Assembly: GCF_006345805.1 (NCBI RefSeq)
Contig: NC_043010.1
Coordinates: forward strand, 2,480,001 to 2,544,000
From: Octopus sinensis
Lineage: Eukaryota
Direction: 5' to 3'
Length of the DNA stretch: 64,000 bases
Each line of letters opens with the position of its first letter. Within the stretch, counting starts at the first letter, position 1. A model generated the notes under the pieces. It was not told the DNA's origin, ran no database searches, and saw only the letters and a program-made list of their open reading frames with translations. Position numbers and translations under genes: made by a program. Below are positions 13,764 to 25,889 of the stretch, piece by piece.

Positions 13764-13978
13764 TTAACCCTTTGGCATTCAGATATCTTTTATCAAATGT
13801 TTTGCTTATTTATTCAAATTGTTTTGAATTAAGCATGCGTTATCATGTAGCTTCAAGATTTTGATGATGTGAGTATAAAATGACATTGTAGGGTAGGTGT
13901 GAGAAGTTGGATCTGACCAGTATGATAAAGGTAGAATATTTGAGCCAGATGTTCCTATTTTAAATGCTAAAAGGTTAA
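13764..13978 (+). mobile_element. piggyBac-type MITE (TIR family 1)
   Basis: TTAA-CCCTTTGGCATTCAGA ... AAATGCTAAAAGG-TTAA; homologous to 59638-59866. Confidence 0.85.
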
Positions 13979-14124
13979 CTTAGTGGTTCAGCAAAAGTGA
14001 CCAGTGGAATACATACTAAGGGTTAGAAGAAAGTTCTGGGATCGCTTTGTCCAACATAACCTTTCAAGGTACTACCCTAGATTAGCTATAGGGGTGGATG
14101 CTCTGAAAGTGTTGTCTCTAGAAT

Positions 14125-14330
14125 ACATATAGGATGGAGAAAGAGCTACTATGTCTGTTGGCAACAAAAGGACTCTCTGTCAGAGTGAAAGGTAGATTGT
14201 ATGATGCTTGTGTATGAACAGCTATACTTCACGGTAGTGAAACTTGGGTTCTGAATGTAGAGGACATGCGTAGACACGAGAGAAAAGAAGATGGTATGCT
14301 CCACCGAATGTGCATGAACAATGAAATGCA
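14125..14330 (+). pseudogene. RTE-clade LINE fragment (post-RT region)
   Basis: Translates to ELLCLLATKGLSVRVKGRLYDACV*TAILHGSETWVLNVEDMRRHERKEDGMLHRMC, the typical RTE KGRLY...HGSETW motif. Confidence 0.85.
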
Positions 14331-14415
14331 AATTGTTTACTGTTGGTGACATCCTGTACTCATATATGCATATAAATATAAATACACACACACACACACA
14401 CACACATATACATAT

Positions 14416-14450
<35 letters not shown>

Positions 14451-14463
14451 GAATACATATATG

Positions 14464-14846
14464 GGCGTAAGAGTGGCTGTGTAGTAAGTAGCTTGCTTAC
14501 CAACCACATGGTTCCGGGTTCAGTCCCACTGCGTGGCACCTTAGGCAAGTGTCTTCTGCTATAGCCTCGGGCCGACCAGAGCCTTGTGAGTGGATTTGGT
14601 AGACGGAAACTGAAAGAAGCCCATCGTATATATGTATATATATATATATATGCGTATGTATGTGTATATGTTTGTCCCCCCAACATCGCTTGACAACCGA
14701 TGTTGGTGTGTTTACGTCCCCGTAACTTAGCGGTTCGGCAAAAGAGACTGATAGAATAAGTCCTGGGGTCGATTTGCTCGACCAAAGGTGGTGCTCCAGC
14801 ATGGCCACAGTCACATGACTGAAACAAGTAAAAGAGAGAGTAAGAG
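14464..14846 (+). mobile_element. SINE family A, full length
   Basis: ggcgtaagagtggctgtgtagtaag...gaaacaagtaaaagag. Confidence 0.92.
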
Positions 14847-14851
14847 TATAT

Positions 14852-14909
<58 letters not shown>

Positions 14910-15080
14910 GACATATATACATAAAACATATATATAAATACATACATATATACATACGTATGTATGTATATATGTATGCATGCATCTAAAGAAAGATATA
15001 TATCATGTATCTTTGTGCATATGGAAATATATATATATACACACACATATATATACACATATATTTACATATATATATAC

Positions 15081-15115
<35 letters not shown>

Positions 15116-16649
15116 TACACACACACACACATATATATATGTATGTATACATACATATACATATATAGAGACAGACAGACAGAAAGACACATTTTGTTTA
15201 TTCCTATATAAAAAAAAAATAAGCTACAGACAGAACTCTGGTCTAATTATAACAGAATAAATAATAATGCTTTTTAAAAAAAAAAAAAGAATCAACTGCA
15301 ACAAACATTACATCTATTTCTTTGCTCTGGGATTTCAGCAACCAGCATGAGTACTACTTGGGGATGTAGAGGGGGTGCAATAGTGGGTCGTGAGGATTAT
15401 GATGGTGATGATGATGATTCTGTTGTTGTTGTTGTTGTTGTTGATGCTGTTGCTGCTGCTGCTGTTGGCATTGATGATAAAAATGAAAATAAAAATACAG
15501 AGAAAAAGGGATACTAATGGTGGAAGAGATATAAACATTGCAAATGTCCCAATTTTATCCTAATGGAAATAGAAAGATGACAAATTTGTAAGCAAGAAGA
15601 CTGTTGTGAATTTAACACAATCACTTGTTTTGATAACCATCAAAGAAGGGGGTGGGTGGTGGTGGTAGGAGCAGCAGCAGTAGTGATGGTGGTGATGATA
15701 ATGATTGCAATGATGTCCACTATTGTAAGGGCGACTGTGATTATTATAAGGGCTCTAATTATATTGATGATGATGATGATAATTGTTATGAAACATTTGT
15801 GCACTCCACTGGACAAGTTGCATAATTATAAGCAGAAATGGAAATATATTTCTATACACACATGCTTGCACATGCATGTGCTCATCGTTTTCATCATATA
15901 ATCTCTGTATGTGTATGTGTATATATATATATATATATATATACATACACACACACACACACCACACACACACCATATATATATATATATATATATATAT
16001 AACAGAAATGTTCTTATTTTCCCTTGGTATCTAAATAATTATTTAATATTGACACACGTGAATATATGGTATGTTGGTTTACTTATGCATGTTCGTAAAT
16101 ATATGGGTGTGTAAGTAGGGCCCTACATACCTGGATATACATATGTTTGTCAGTACAAAGGCCTTCAGATTTCTTCATATCTACCGATAATATTTGGTTG
16201 TTGCTTAGCTCAAAGCCAACTGATTCAAGAGATTCCAGCTGTGACCATCCAATTATTTTTTATAGAAGAATAGTACATCTAGGACTATATTTATTATGTC
16301 CTTCCCTGCTAAGATGTGAACTGAAGTAGATTTGGTTGTTATTTATAGCAAACTAACTGACCACATAAAGGCTCATTTATTGGTTCATACTAAAGTGTTG
16401 GAGAATAGTACAGCATATCATTTCATAGAAACCTTTCATAGTCAAGTATGATATCCACTTGATGGCCATTGCCTCTGTGGGATTGGTTTAATAAACGAAA
16501 TACTTTATATACATATTTTATATATATATATATATATTGAATAAAGTTAAAACATAGCCTAGTTTTCAAGTTTTTTTATTATGGTATTTTAACAAAATTA
16601 ACACTTTCATACATAGTGTACTCATCAGATTTCAAGCATGTTTATATGA

Positions 16650-16853
16650 CCTCGTGTGTAGCATTGGTGATTTTTTTCCCTCTGTCTTCCCTTCTCTGGA
16701 TCTTTCCTTCTCCTATGTTTCCGACGAAGAGCTCCGCTCGAAACGTTAAACTCTCCTTCTTTCCTTCTTTCCTGAGCGTCCAATAATACTCTATTTGTTC
16801 CACGTCCTCGCGTTGCGTTTTTTGTTTTTTTTTGTGCTTTCTTGTTTGAATTA

Positions 16854-16858
<5 letters not shown>
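16650..16858 (+). mobile_element. Penelope-type pseudo-LTR/retrozyme-like repeat with hammerhead-like motif
   Basis: gttt-CCGACGA-A-GAGC tcc GCTC-GAA-ACGT-T-aaac at 16717-16751; downstream ttcctgagcg...taatac shared with 24030 and 61283; ends on (TA)n. Confidence 0.7.
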
Positions 16859-16894
<36 letters not shown>

Positions 16895-16896
<2 letters not shown>

Positions 16897-17080
16897 CATC
16901 ATCATCATCGTCGTTTAACGTCCGTTCTCCATGCTAGCATGGTGGGACGGTTCGACCGGGGTTCTGGGAAGCCAGAAGGTGCACCAGGCTCCAGTCTAAT
17001 TTGGCAAGTTTCTACAGCGGGATGCCTTCCTAACGCCAACCACTCCGTGAGTGTAGTGGGTGCTTTTTTACGTGCCACCT
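16895..17080 (-). mobile_element. SINE family B, 5' truncated
   Basis: Reverse-complement match to the 3' part of 3702-4028, including the (GAT)n tail. Confidence 0.9.
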
Positions 17081-17135
17081 GCTGTATGATACATGTATGT
17101 ATGTATATATTTGTGTGTGTATATGTATATATATA

Positions 17136-17169
<34 letters not shown>

Positions 17170-17462
17170 CACGTGTGGTGTGTGTGTGTGTAATAAACAC
17201 TGAAGAATGGAGTTGGTGACATTACTTTTTAAAACACTGTTTGCTATTGTGACAATTCACATTTTAAGCAATTTTGTGTTATGTTCATTAATATTTCAGT
17301 AATTATTGATTTAGTCATTTGCACCGTGAAAATTATCTTTCATAGTGTGTACGAAAATTGTAGAACTTTTCACTTAGTGCTATCCATAGTAGGTAAAACC
17401 TGGATTATATATCCAAATACATGATATATACATATACATATATATATATACATATATATTTA

Positions 17463-17514
<52 letters not shown>

Positions 17515-17535
17515 TATTTATATTTATATATATTT

Positions 17536-18344
17536 GAAGTGGCCGTAGCCAGTATACCGATCGACTGGCCTCCGTGCTGTGGGCACGTAACAAGCACCAT
17601 CCGATCGTGGCGTTTTGCCAGCCTCATCTGGCACCTGTGTCGGTGGCTGGCACATTAAATAAAAACACCATCCGAGCGTGGCCGTCTGCCGCCTCGTCTG
17701 GCACCTGTGTCGGTGGCACATAAAAAAAAAAATTCCCCCCATCCGAGGTGGCCCCCGTCTGCCAGCCTCGTCTGGCACCTGTGTCGGTGGCACATAAAAA
17801 ACACCATCCGAGCGTGGCCGTTTGTCAGCATCGTCTGGCACCTGTGTCGGTGGCACATAAAAAACACCATCCGAGCGTGGCCGTTGTATCGCCTCGTCTG
17901 GCACCTGTGTCGGTGGCACATAAAAAACACCATCCGATCGTGGCCGTTTTGCCAGCCTCATCTGGCACTGTGTCGGTGGCACATATAAAAACACCATCCG
18001 AGCGTGGCCGTCTGCCAGCCTCGTCTGGCACCTGTGTCGGGGCACTAAAAAAACACCATCCGAGCGTGGCCGTTTGTCAGCCTCGTCTGGCACCTGTGGT
18101 CGGTGGCACATAAAAAACACCATCCGAGCGTGGCCGTTTGTCAGCCTCGTCTGGCACTGTGTCGGTGGCACATAAAATCACCCACTACACTCTCGGAGTG
18201 GTTGGCGTTAGGAAGGGCATCCAGCTGTAGAAAACACTGCCAGATCTGACTGGACTGGTGCAGCCTTCGGGCTTCCCAGACCCCAGTTGAACAGTCCAAC
18301 CCATGCTAGCATGGAAAGCGGACGTTAAATGATGATGATGATGA

Positions 18345-18348
<4 letters not shown>
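17536..18348 (+). mobile_element. SINE family B carrying about 10 tandem ~63-bp internal units
   Basis: Unit acaccatccgagcgtggccgtctgccagcctcgtctggcacctgtgtcggtggcacataaaaa (e.g. starts at 17801 and 17864), then the standard B 3' end and (GAT)n tail. Confidence 0.92.
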
Positions 18349-18387
<39 letters not shown>

Positions 18388-18474
18388 TATTATATTTATA
18401 TATATATATAATATATATATATAACATATATATTTATATTTATATATATATATATATATATACATATATATTTA

Positions 18475-18512
<38 letters not shown>

Positions 18513-18673
18513 TATTTATATTTATATATATATATATATATATATACATATATTTATATTTATATATATATATATATATATTATACATATATATTATATT
18601 ATATATATAATATATATATATATATATACATATATATTATATTATATATATATATATATATATACATATATAT

Positions 18674-18714
<41 letters not shown>

Positions 18715-18757
18715 TATTTATATTTATATATATATATATATACATATATATTTATAT

Positions 18758-18797
<40 letters not shown>

Positions 18798-18890
18798 TAT
18801 TATATTTATATATATATATATATATATACATATATATTTATATTTATATATATATATATATATACATATATATTTATATTTATATATATA
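18349..18890. repeat. Long (TA)n satellite with higher-order tatatttatattt(at)nacat units
   Basis: Direct reading; the same motif lies left of the SINE at 17430-17535. Confidence 0.9.
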
Positions 18891-19309
18891 TAGACAGGCA
18901 GACAGACAGATAGATAGATATCTATTATATTAGTCAACTCTCACCTGTTTGAAATCACACCAAGCATTTGTAATTGGTATGGAAAATGGAATGTAACCTA
19001 ACACAACCAAACCACAAACTTAATTCTCATGCAACACACTGCTGACTAACTGATGCTCAGAGACTGCTTCCTCCACCTAATGGAGAATATATATATGAAA
19101 TCAACTGCAGTAAGTGCTTTGCCAAAGTATCAAAACAGGCAAATGGAGAGTCAAGAATTTTTAAATTCTTTTCATGCTATGAGGATAAAGGCACATCTTT
19201 TTGTCTATAAAGCATTAAGTATGTGAACCTATGTTAGTAAATTCTTACAACTCTAGATAAATGGGCAAAGCACCACTTCTTTAGTTTGTTCATCTACTCA
19301 TAGATATAT

Positions 19310-19370
19310 ATATGTTTGTGTATGAGTGTGTGTGTGTATGCATATATATATAGATATATATTATACATAC

Positions 19371-19404
<34 letters not shown>

Positions 19405-19407
19405 CAT

Positions 19408-19494
<87 letters not shown>

Positions 19495-19506
19495 CACACA
19501 TACATA

Positions 19507-19537
<31 letters not shown>

Positions 19538-19540
19538 CAT

Positions 19541-19587
<47 letters not shown>

Positions 19588-19609
19588 CATGCATAATATA
19601 TACACACAT

Positions 19610-19645
<36 letters not shown>
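19310..19645. repeat. Compound (TA)/(CATA) microsatellite
   Basis: Direct reading. Confidence 0.95.
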
Positions 19646-19647
<2 letters not shown>

Positions 19648-20949
19648 CATCATCATCATCATCATTTAACATTTATTTTTCATGCTGATATGAACTGCTT
19701 CTAAGAATTGAGCTGATACCTTCCGATTAAACCCCAGTTGTGCTACCTTACACCATACCATAATTTAGTATCCACTTTTCTATGCTTGCATGCATCAGAC
19801 AGAGTTTGCTGAGGCAGATTTTCTACACCTAGTTGCTCTTCCAGTCACCAACTCTCACCTGTTTTCTTAGCAAGATAATATATACATACATATACATACA
19901 TATACATATATATACGTACACACACAGACATGTATATATATATATGAGAATAAAGGCACATTATAGGTGATCCAGGAGTAATATCCCTTCACCAACATAT
20001 CCAAGTTTAAATTCCACCCCCACCCATAATAACTAAATACATAATATATTTATTAATCTATTTCTCCTTAATATAACCTCCTCACCCCCTTTAATAAATC
20101 CAGTTCTTTCAACTATGAACCTAATTTCATAGTTGAACAGAGAGCATAAGTACTTAATCCCCAGATTAAGTATACAGAAAGCATAAGTACTTAATCCCCA
20201 CAAAATTACCCCCCACCCACCCACTATGCCATCTCAGCAAAGGCTGTAATTGCAACTAATTTTACTTAACTAAACTTTCTATACCATGGGTTAGCTTGTT
20301 TTAATTAGCTTAATTTCAATCTGGGTCCAATTTTCAGCCAGCATACTGGTCTACATCCATTTATTGTTGACCCCATTAGATTTACCCATTTCGGACCCAA
20401 CCCCCATTTAACATAACTTAATTCTAACAACCTAATATTAACTGCACACCTCTTTATATTGTATTTACTTGTACTTTCTTATGAGCTATTATTGCCCTTA
20501 GGCATATTTTGTATGAAAGGAAGCAAAATTTTGTAGTAGGCCCCACATGGTTGCACCCAAGCAAGGGTTGATATAACAACAAGTTTAGTAATATTAACAA
20601 CATAATAATAATAATAATAATAATAATATATCAAGTATGATTAAGCAGAAAATGAAGAAAATTCTTGATCAACAAACAAACTGGCTACCATTGGCTGTTA
20701 TTTTTTAAAATAACAAAACTTCAACATTTCTAACAGCTGTTTCTGCTTCCAGTGTCAGTCAGCACTGCCAAAGAAAATTCTGAGAATAATATCCATCATA
20801 TTCTATAGCCTGGTACACATATAAATACATACAAACTCATATGCAAAATATCATTTACAGGAGGGATGACAGAACTGCAAAATCTCTGTCTACTAGATAA
20901 GGGAGTAATTGAAGTTTGTTTTTTAAGGGTGTATGGAACAGATGACTCA

Positions 20950-21178
20950 TTAACCCTTTCGTTACTGTATTTATTTTGTGATGCTCTGTATTTCTTTCAA
21001 TTACTTTAAATATAACAAAGAATTTAGTAAAATAACTTAGTTATCATTCAGCTAGTGTTAGGAACATAAATTGTGACTAAGGTTTGGTGGAAGATTTTAA
21101 TTTAAAATTTATGGAAACAAGACATTTGTACTGCAGAGTCAGAGCCAATTTCAGACGGGTTGTTAACAAAAGGGTTAA
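20950..21178 (+). mobile_element. piggyBac-type MITE (TIR family 2)
   Basis: TTAA-CCCTTTCGTTAC ... GTTAACAAAAGGG-TTAA. Confidence 0.9.
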
Positions 21179-22699
21179 AACTGATTTCTCATAAGCATAA
21201 ACTAGGTACTTTTTCTTTCAAATACATATACAGATATGTGTACATGTTTGTGTGTGTAGGTATATATGTATTTTTCAATGATTTCAGTCTTTATTTTGTA
21301 GTCCTGTAACAAGATCAGGATGCTACCTCATATGGTATTGTGAATTATACCAAGCACATGACATGGTGTAACACTCTTTACTTTATCAACATTGAAGAAT
21401 AAAAAGCAAAGTCTACCTGAGTATGATGTGAACACAGAAGGTTATGGATTTCTATAATAGCCACTTAGAAGAAACTGTAATTTCACCTCCTGTTTAAAAC
21501 CTTCAGCCATAGCAATACCACTAATGATGCAAGATATGTTGACGCATTCACACGGGGGGGGGGGGCGAATAACTGACAAATTGATGACATTTCTAGAAAC
21601 ATGACTTCAGTACTGTTTAATGGGGGTTGTTTTCTAGCTGTTAAAAGGGAATGTGTCAAGAAGGCCAGATACGACTGGTTTTCAGCAAATAACACTGAAC
21701 ACTTTATACATACATGCAAACACGCACGCACACACACATTTGTATGCATGTGAGTATGTATACACACACACACACATATATATGTACACACATACATTAA
21801 ATAGAGTTGGCTTGTTTCAATACAAAAAGCTATAAGCCATTACTTTGGGTTTTCAAATTCAGTTCTTGTTTATTTTTTGCTGTTTCTTGTATTGATTTAT
21901 TTTGTTTTATTTGGCACAGGCAGGTGATTATCTAAGTTTATTGAGTTATCCATAAAATTCTTCTCCTCTCAGTGATTAAAAAATACTCTCTGGATGAGTG
22001 TTTTATGGGGTTTAGGTCCCTAAATTCTACTACACCTTCTCTGAATAGAAGAAAATAAAATATAAATGGACATGTGACTATGAAACAAGCAGTATACAAA
22101 GGTATATATCATCTGATTGTTAGTATGTGTATGTATCTTTCCTTCTTAAGTATTGGAATATTTCTTATATAGAAGGAGCTGATTTCTAACAAAAAACAAA
22201 AAAAAAAATAATGCTCAAATGCTGGAATTTAAAAACAACATTTAACCACCAAAACCTCTTCATTACTTTCACATGTGACTCCAAATAGAATCACAGGTAC
22301 GAGATCATCGCAATCTTTCACATTTTAACTTCTCCAGTTATAAGTGGAAAACCAGCCCTAACATACAGTCAGAGATATGAACTCATAGCTTCCCAGGTCA
22401 AGTAAGATCTGATAACCTTAAAACTAAGGAAGATAATGGATTTCATTGTGAGGTGTCAAACATTTGATTCCTTAGATGCCACATACAACACAGAATGGCA
22501 AAAGTAAAGATGTTTGCCACAAACATACAACTTAATCTGTTTAAAGAACAAAATTATTTGCAATGAAACTGATTTTGAATCTGCAGAGCCTCCAAATCCT
22601 GGTAAGAAGAAAGAAATCTTCATTATTGATAAGACTTAGACATATCTCAAGATTCCTGTGGTACTTGAGCAGAAATTCACTTTGCATAAATTAGTCAAA

Positions 22700-23060
22700 C
22701 ATTTTCCAACACATTTCTCAAAGAGACCCAAAGAGGTGAAGACGGCAAACCCTCTTTAGAACAGAAGGAAGCTCCAAACCTTTGCTGGACAGCATGAAAT
22801 CCTTTGTTCAACAGCATGAAGTCTATCACTATAAAATCATAGCTATTGCAGTTGCTTCTTCAGGTTCTGCTGCTATAATATTTCCAGAAGTTTGTAACAG
22901 CTTATTCTGTTTTCAAGTTTTGCTTCGACTTAAACAAATATGATGGGTCTATTTGCAATATTGTCAAAATTTTGGGAACAGGGCAAGTTTATTTTATATC
23001 TTTTAGTCATGAAGAAATGGCAGTACCCGTGAGCCTTTTCAAGGTCTTGGAGAGTTGTGG
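22700..23060 (+). pseudogene. Heavily decayed Helitron PIF1-like helicase fragment
   Basis: KIIAIAVASSGSAAIIFP at ~22835-22890 resembles the Helitron IAVASSGIAATLLP motif; a degenerate Walker-A-like stretch lies upstream. Confidence 0.6.
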
Positions 23061-23111
23061 GAAGTTTTCTAAAACTGGGAGATCTGACCCCAATACTTAC
23101 AACAGAGTAGA

Positions 23112-23500
23112 CTTACTCTTTTACTTGTTTCAGTCATTTGACTGTGGCCGTGCTGGAACACCACCTTTAGTCAAGCAAATCGACCCCAGGACTTATTCTT
23201 TGTAAGCCTAGTACTTATTCTATTGGTCTTTTTTGCCAAACCGCTAAGTTACGGGGATGTAAACACACCAGCATCGGTCGTCAAGCGATGTTGGGAGGAC
23301 AAACACAGACACACAAACACATACATATGTATACATATATACGACAGGCTTCTTTCAGTTTCCATCTACCAAATCCACTCACAAGGCTTTGGTCAGCCCG
23401 AGGCTATTGTAGAAGACACTTGCCCAAGGTGCCACGTAGTGGGACTGAACCCTGAAGCATGTGGTCGGTAAGCAAGCTACTTACCACTCAGCCACTCCTG
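23112..23500 (-). mobile_element. SINE family A, full length
   Basis: Reverse complement of the A consensus modules. Confidence 0.92.
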
Positions 23501-24034
23501 GCAAAATGTTATGCATAACTGCACTTTGTTAAGCCACTGAAACTGGCTGTAAACAACAGAGGTAAACAGGACACATGAAAGTATATATATCCTAACACCT
23601 AATGTACCAACTTATTGACAAGATAACAAACAACAAGTCTTATGAAAGATTTTTGAAGTAAAAATAACTTATGGTGATGCATGACCACCAAACCCAGAAA
23701 CAAGTTTCCAAGTTCACAGTTATATGTTAATTCACTTTATTTCTGTATGATTCTATCACACTATGCTGTCCACCTGTTTATACATCTTTTAATTTACTAT
23801 TTTGTCATTCGGCTGTGTTATTTTATTAATCTAGACATTGCATCACTTCTCTACCTAGAAATCTCGTCTTTCCCCACTGACCTCTCTTCCGTGTTCCCTC
23901 CTTCCCTTCTCTCTTTCTCTCATATTCCTTCTCATCACCTAGCTATCCATGCACACATACCTGTCTATCTATCTATATATATATATATATATAGATAGAT
24001 AGATATACGCACATACATACTCTCTTATACACAC

Positions 24035-24322
24035 ACGCACCTTTGTGTTGGGAGCACTTTCGTGTTGGGGGTCATATTTACCTTGTTATCTCCCCTATTT
24101 TCCTCCTCGTGTTTGACCCTTCTGTCCGGCATTATTCGCCATGGTAGATCGTTAGCCACTATACACACTTTTTCTCTCCTTGTTTTTTCTGTGTCCCTTT
24201 CTGTAGAAGAGCGTAGGCTCGAAACGTAAAAGACTTTTTCTATTCCTGAGCGTTATACTAATACGTCTGTTTGTTTTGTACACCAACTGTCTTCGTCTTC
24301 GGCTTTTTTCGTAAACTTTCCC
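24035..24322 (+). mobile_element. Penelope-type pseudo-LTR/retrozyme-like repeat with hammerhead-like motif
   Basis: cttt-CTGTAGA-A-GAGC gtag GCTC-GAA-ACGT-A-aaag at 24197-24232; ends on (TA)n; partial copy at 61283. Confidence 0.72.
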
Positions 24323-24724
24323 TATATATATATATAAACACATACATATACATACGTATATATGCATATGTACACATGCACACACATATCTATACACATA
24401 CATAAAGATAGTTGTTTTATTTTATTATATATCCATCTTTTTATGCTAGCATGGTTAGACAATTATATTGCTGAGCTTCACAGCCAGATGCCATCCCTTT
24501 CACGAACATGTACTCATCTTTAATAAGGAATCTGATACTCCACACATCTTCAATGGGAACAAAACCAGTGGATAATTTGTTTACTGGGGAAATGACAACA
24601 CCATCAGCACTTATAACTCCGTAATTTTCAGAGAAGTACAAATGTCAACAAACACAAAGGCACAAACAAACATGTATTCACACACATGCACTCCCCCACT
24701 CACCACACACACACACACACACAT

Positions 24725-24885
24725 ATATGGGCTTCTTTCAGTTTCCAGCTGCAAAATCCACTCACAAGATTTTGGCTTGCCTGAAACTATAGTGAAAGGT
24801 ACTTGACTAAGATGTGTTGAAGTGGGACTGAACCCAAAACATGGTTGACGAGCAAACTTTTTAACCACACAGCCATGCCTGCCCC
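24725..24885 (-). mobile_element. SINE family A, 5' half
   Basis: gggcttctttcagtttcc...gtgggactgaaccc...ttaaccacacagcc. Confidence 0.8.
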
Positions 24886-24949
24886 TAGTCATGGCCTGTC
24901 TATCTGTTTAACTCTTTCTGTCTCCCCACTCCATCGTTTTCTCTCAATA

Positions 24950-25159
24950 CATACATATATATACATATACATACATACATATATACATACATACATATAC
25001 ATACATACATATATATATACATACATATACATACATATATACATACATACATACATATATATACATACATATTACATACATACATATATACATACAATAA
25101 TACATACATACATATATACATACATACATATATACATACATACATATATACATACATAC

Positions 25160-25206
<47 letters not shown>

Positions 25207-25255
25207 CATTTATATATATGCATATAAATATATGCATATATATATAATATATATA
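24950..25255. repeat. (TACA)/(TA) microsatellite
   Basis: Direct reading. Confidence 0.95.
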
Positions 25256-25256
25256 T

Positions 25257-25433
25257 ACCGGAGTAAACACATAAATGTGAAACAAGGTGGAAAAAAGAGT
25301 ACTCAGATACCAGTGGTAGAGTAATATGCTTTATTTAAAGCAGCAGAAAATTGAACAAAACCTGTTACTCTGAGTTTCCCGTTGCCGTTCATCGGACAGT
25401 TTTTGCTAGAATAGAACCGGTTCTTTAAATAAA

Positions 25434-25434
<1 letters not shown>
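25257..25434 (-). mobile_element. Penelope-type terminal repeat with minimal hammerhead-like motif
   Basis: Minus strand ctgt-CCGATGA-acggcaacgg-GAA-ACTC a GAGT-A-acag (25399-25362); 12-bp inverted repeats at 25329-25340 and 25423-25434; (TA)n on both sides. Confidence 0.72.
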
Positions 25435-25477
<43 letters not shown>

Positions 25478-25889
25478 CCTTAATAATGATCAGGAGAATG
25501 GAAATTTTCCACAACTATAATTTTATTAAACATTTCTTTACAGCATTCTTTTGTGGACCTATGCACGTTTCAATTGCATTGATTACACATTGTTAGAGGT
25601 GCATCCTGGCGTTATTGTCAGTACAGTTTCACTAGGTTCCATTATTTACTGTGGTTAGCTGTCATATAAAACCGATTTCAGAGGAAACACAAATCTAACC
25701 ATTTCACTAGCATTGTCAATTAAGGAACATGACTGTCACGACATGAACCTGATGATTGAGTAACACATGAAAATACTAGTTTATTTCAATAGTGTGAAAT
25801 TGTAAAAATTGCAAATAATAAAACGCGAAAATCAGACTTTGTTGGAATTTCATTGGTTAATATATTCTTCTATACACAATCATACAAAC

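Noticed and set aside
17597-18175. CRISPR-like array of palindromic repeats
   Set aside because: Units are contiguous with no unique spacers, lie inside a SINE whose other copies carry the same unit, and there are no cas genes; the context is eukaryotic.
19990-20460. Mitochondrial insertion (NUMT) suggested by C-rich, G-poor strand skew
   Set aside because: No recognisable mitochondrial protein or rRNA sequence on manual translation.
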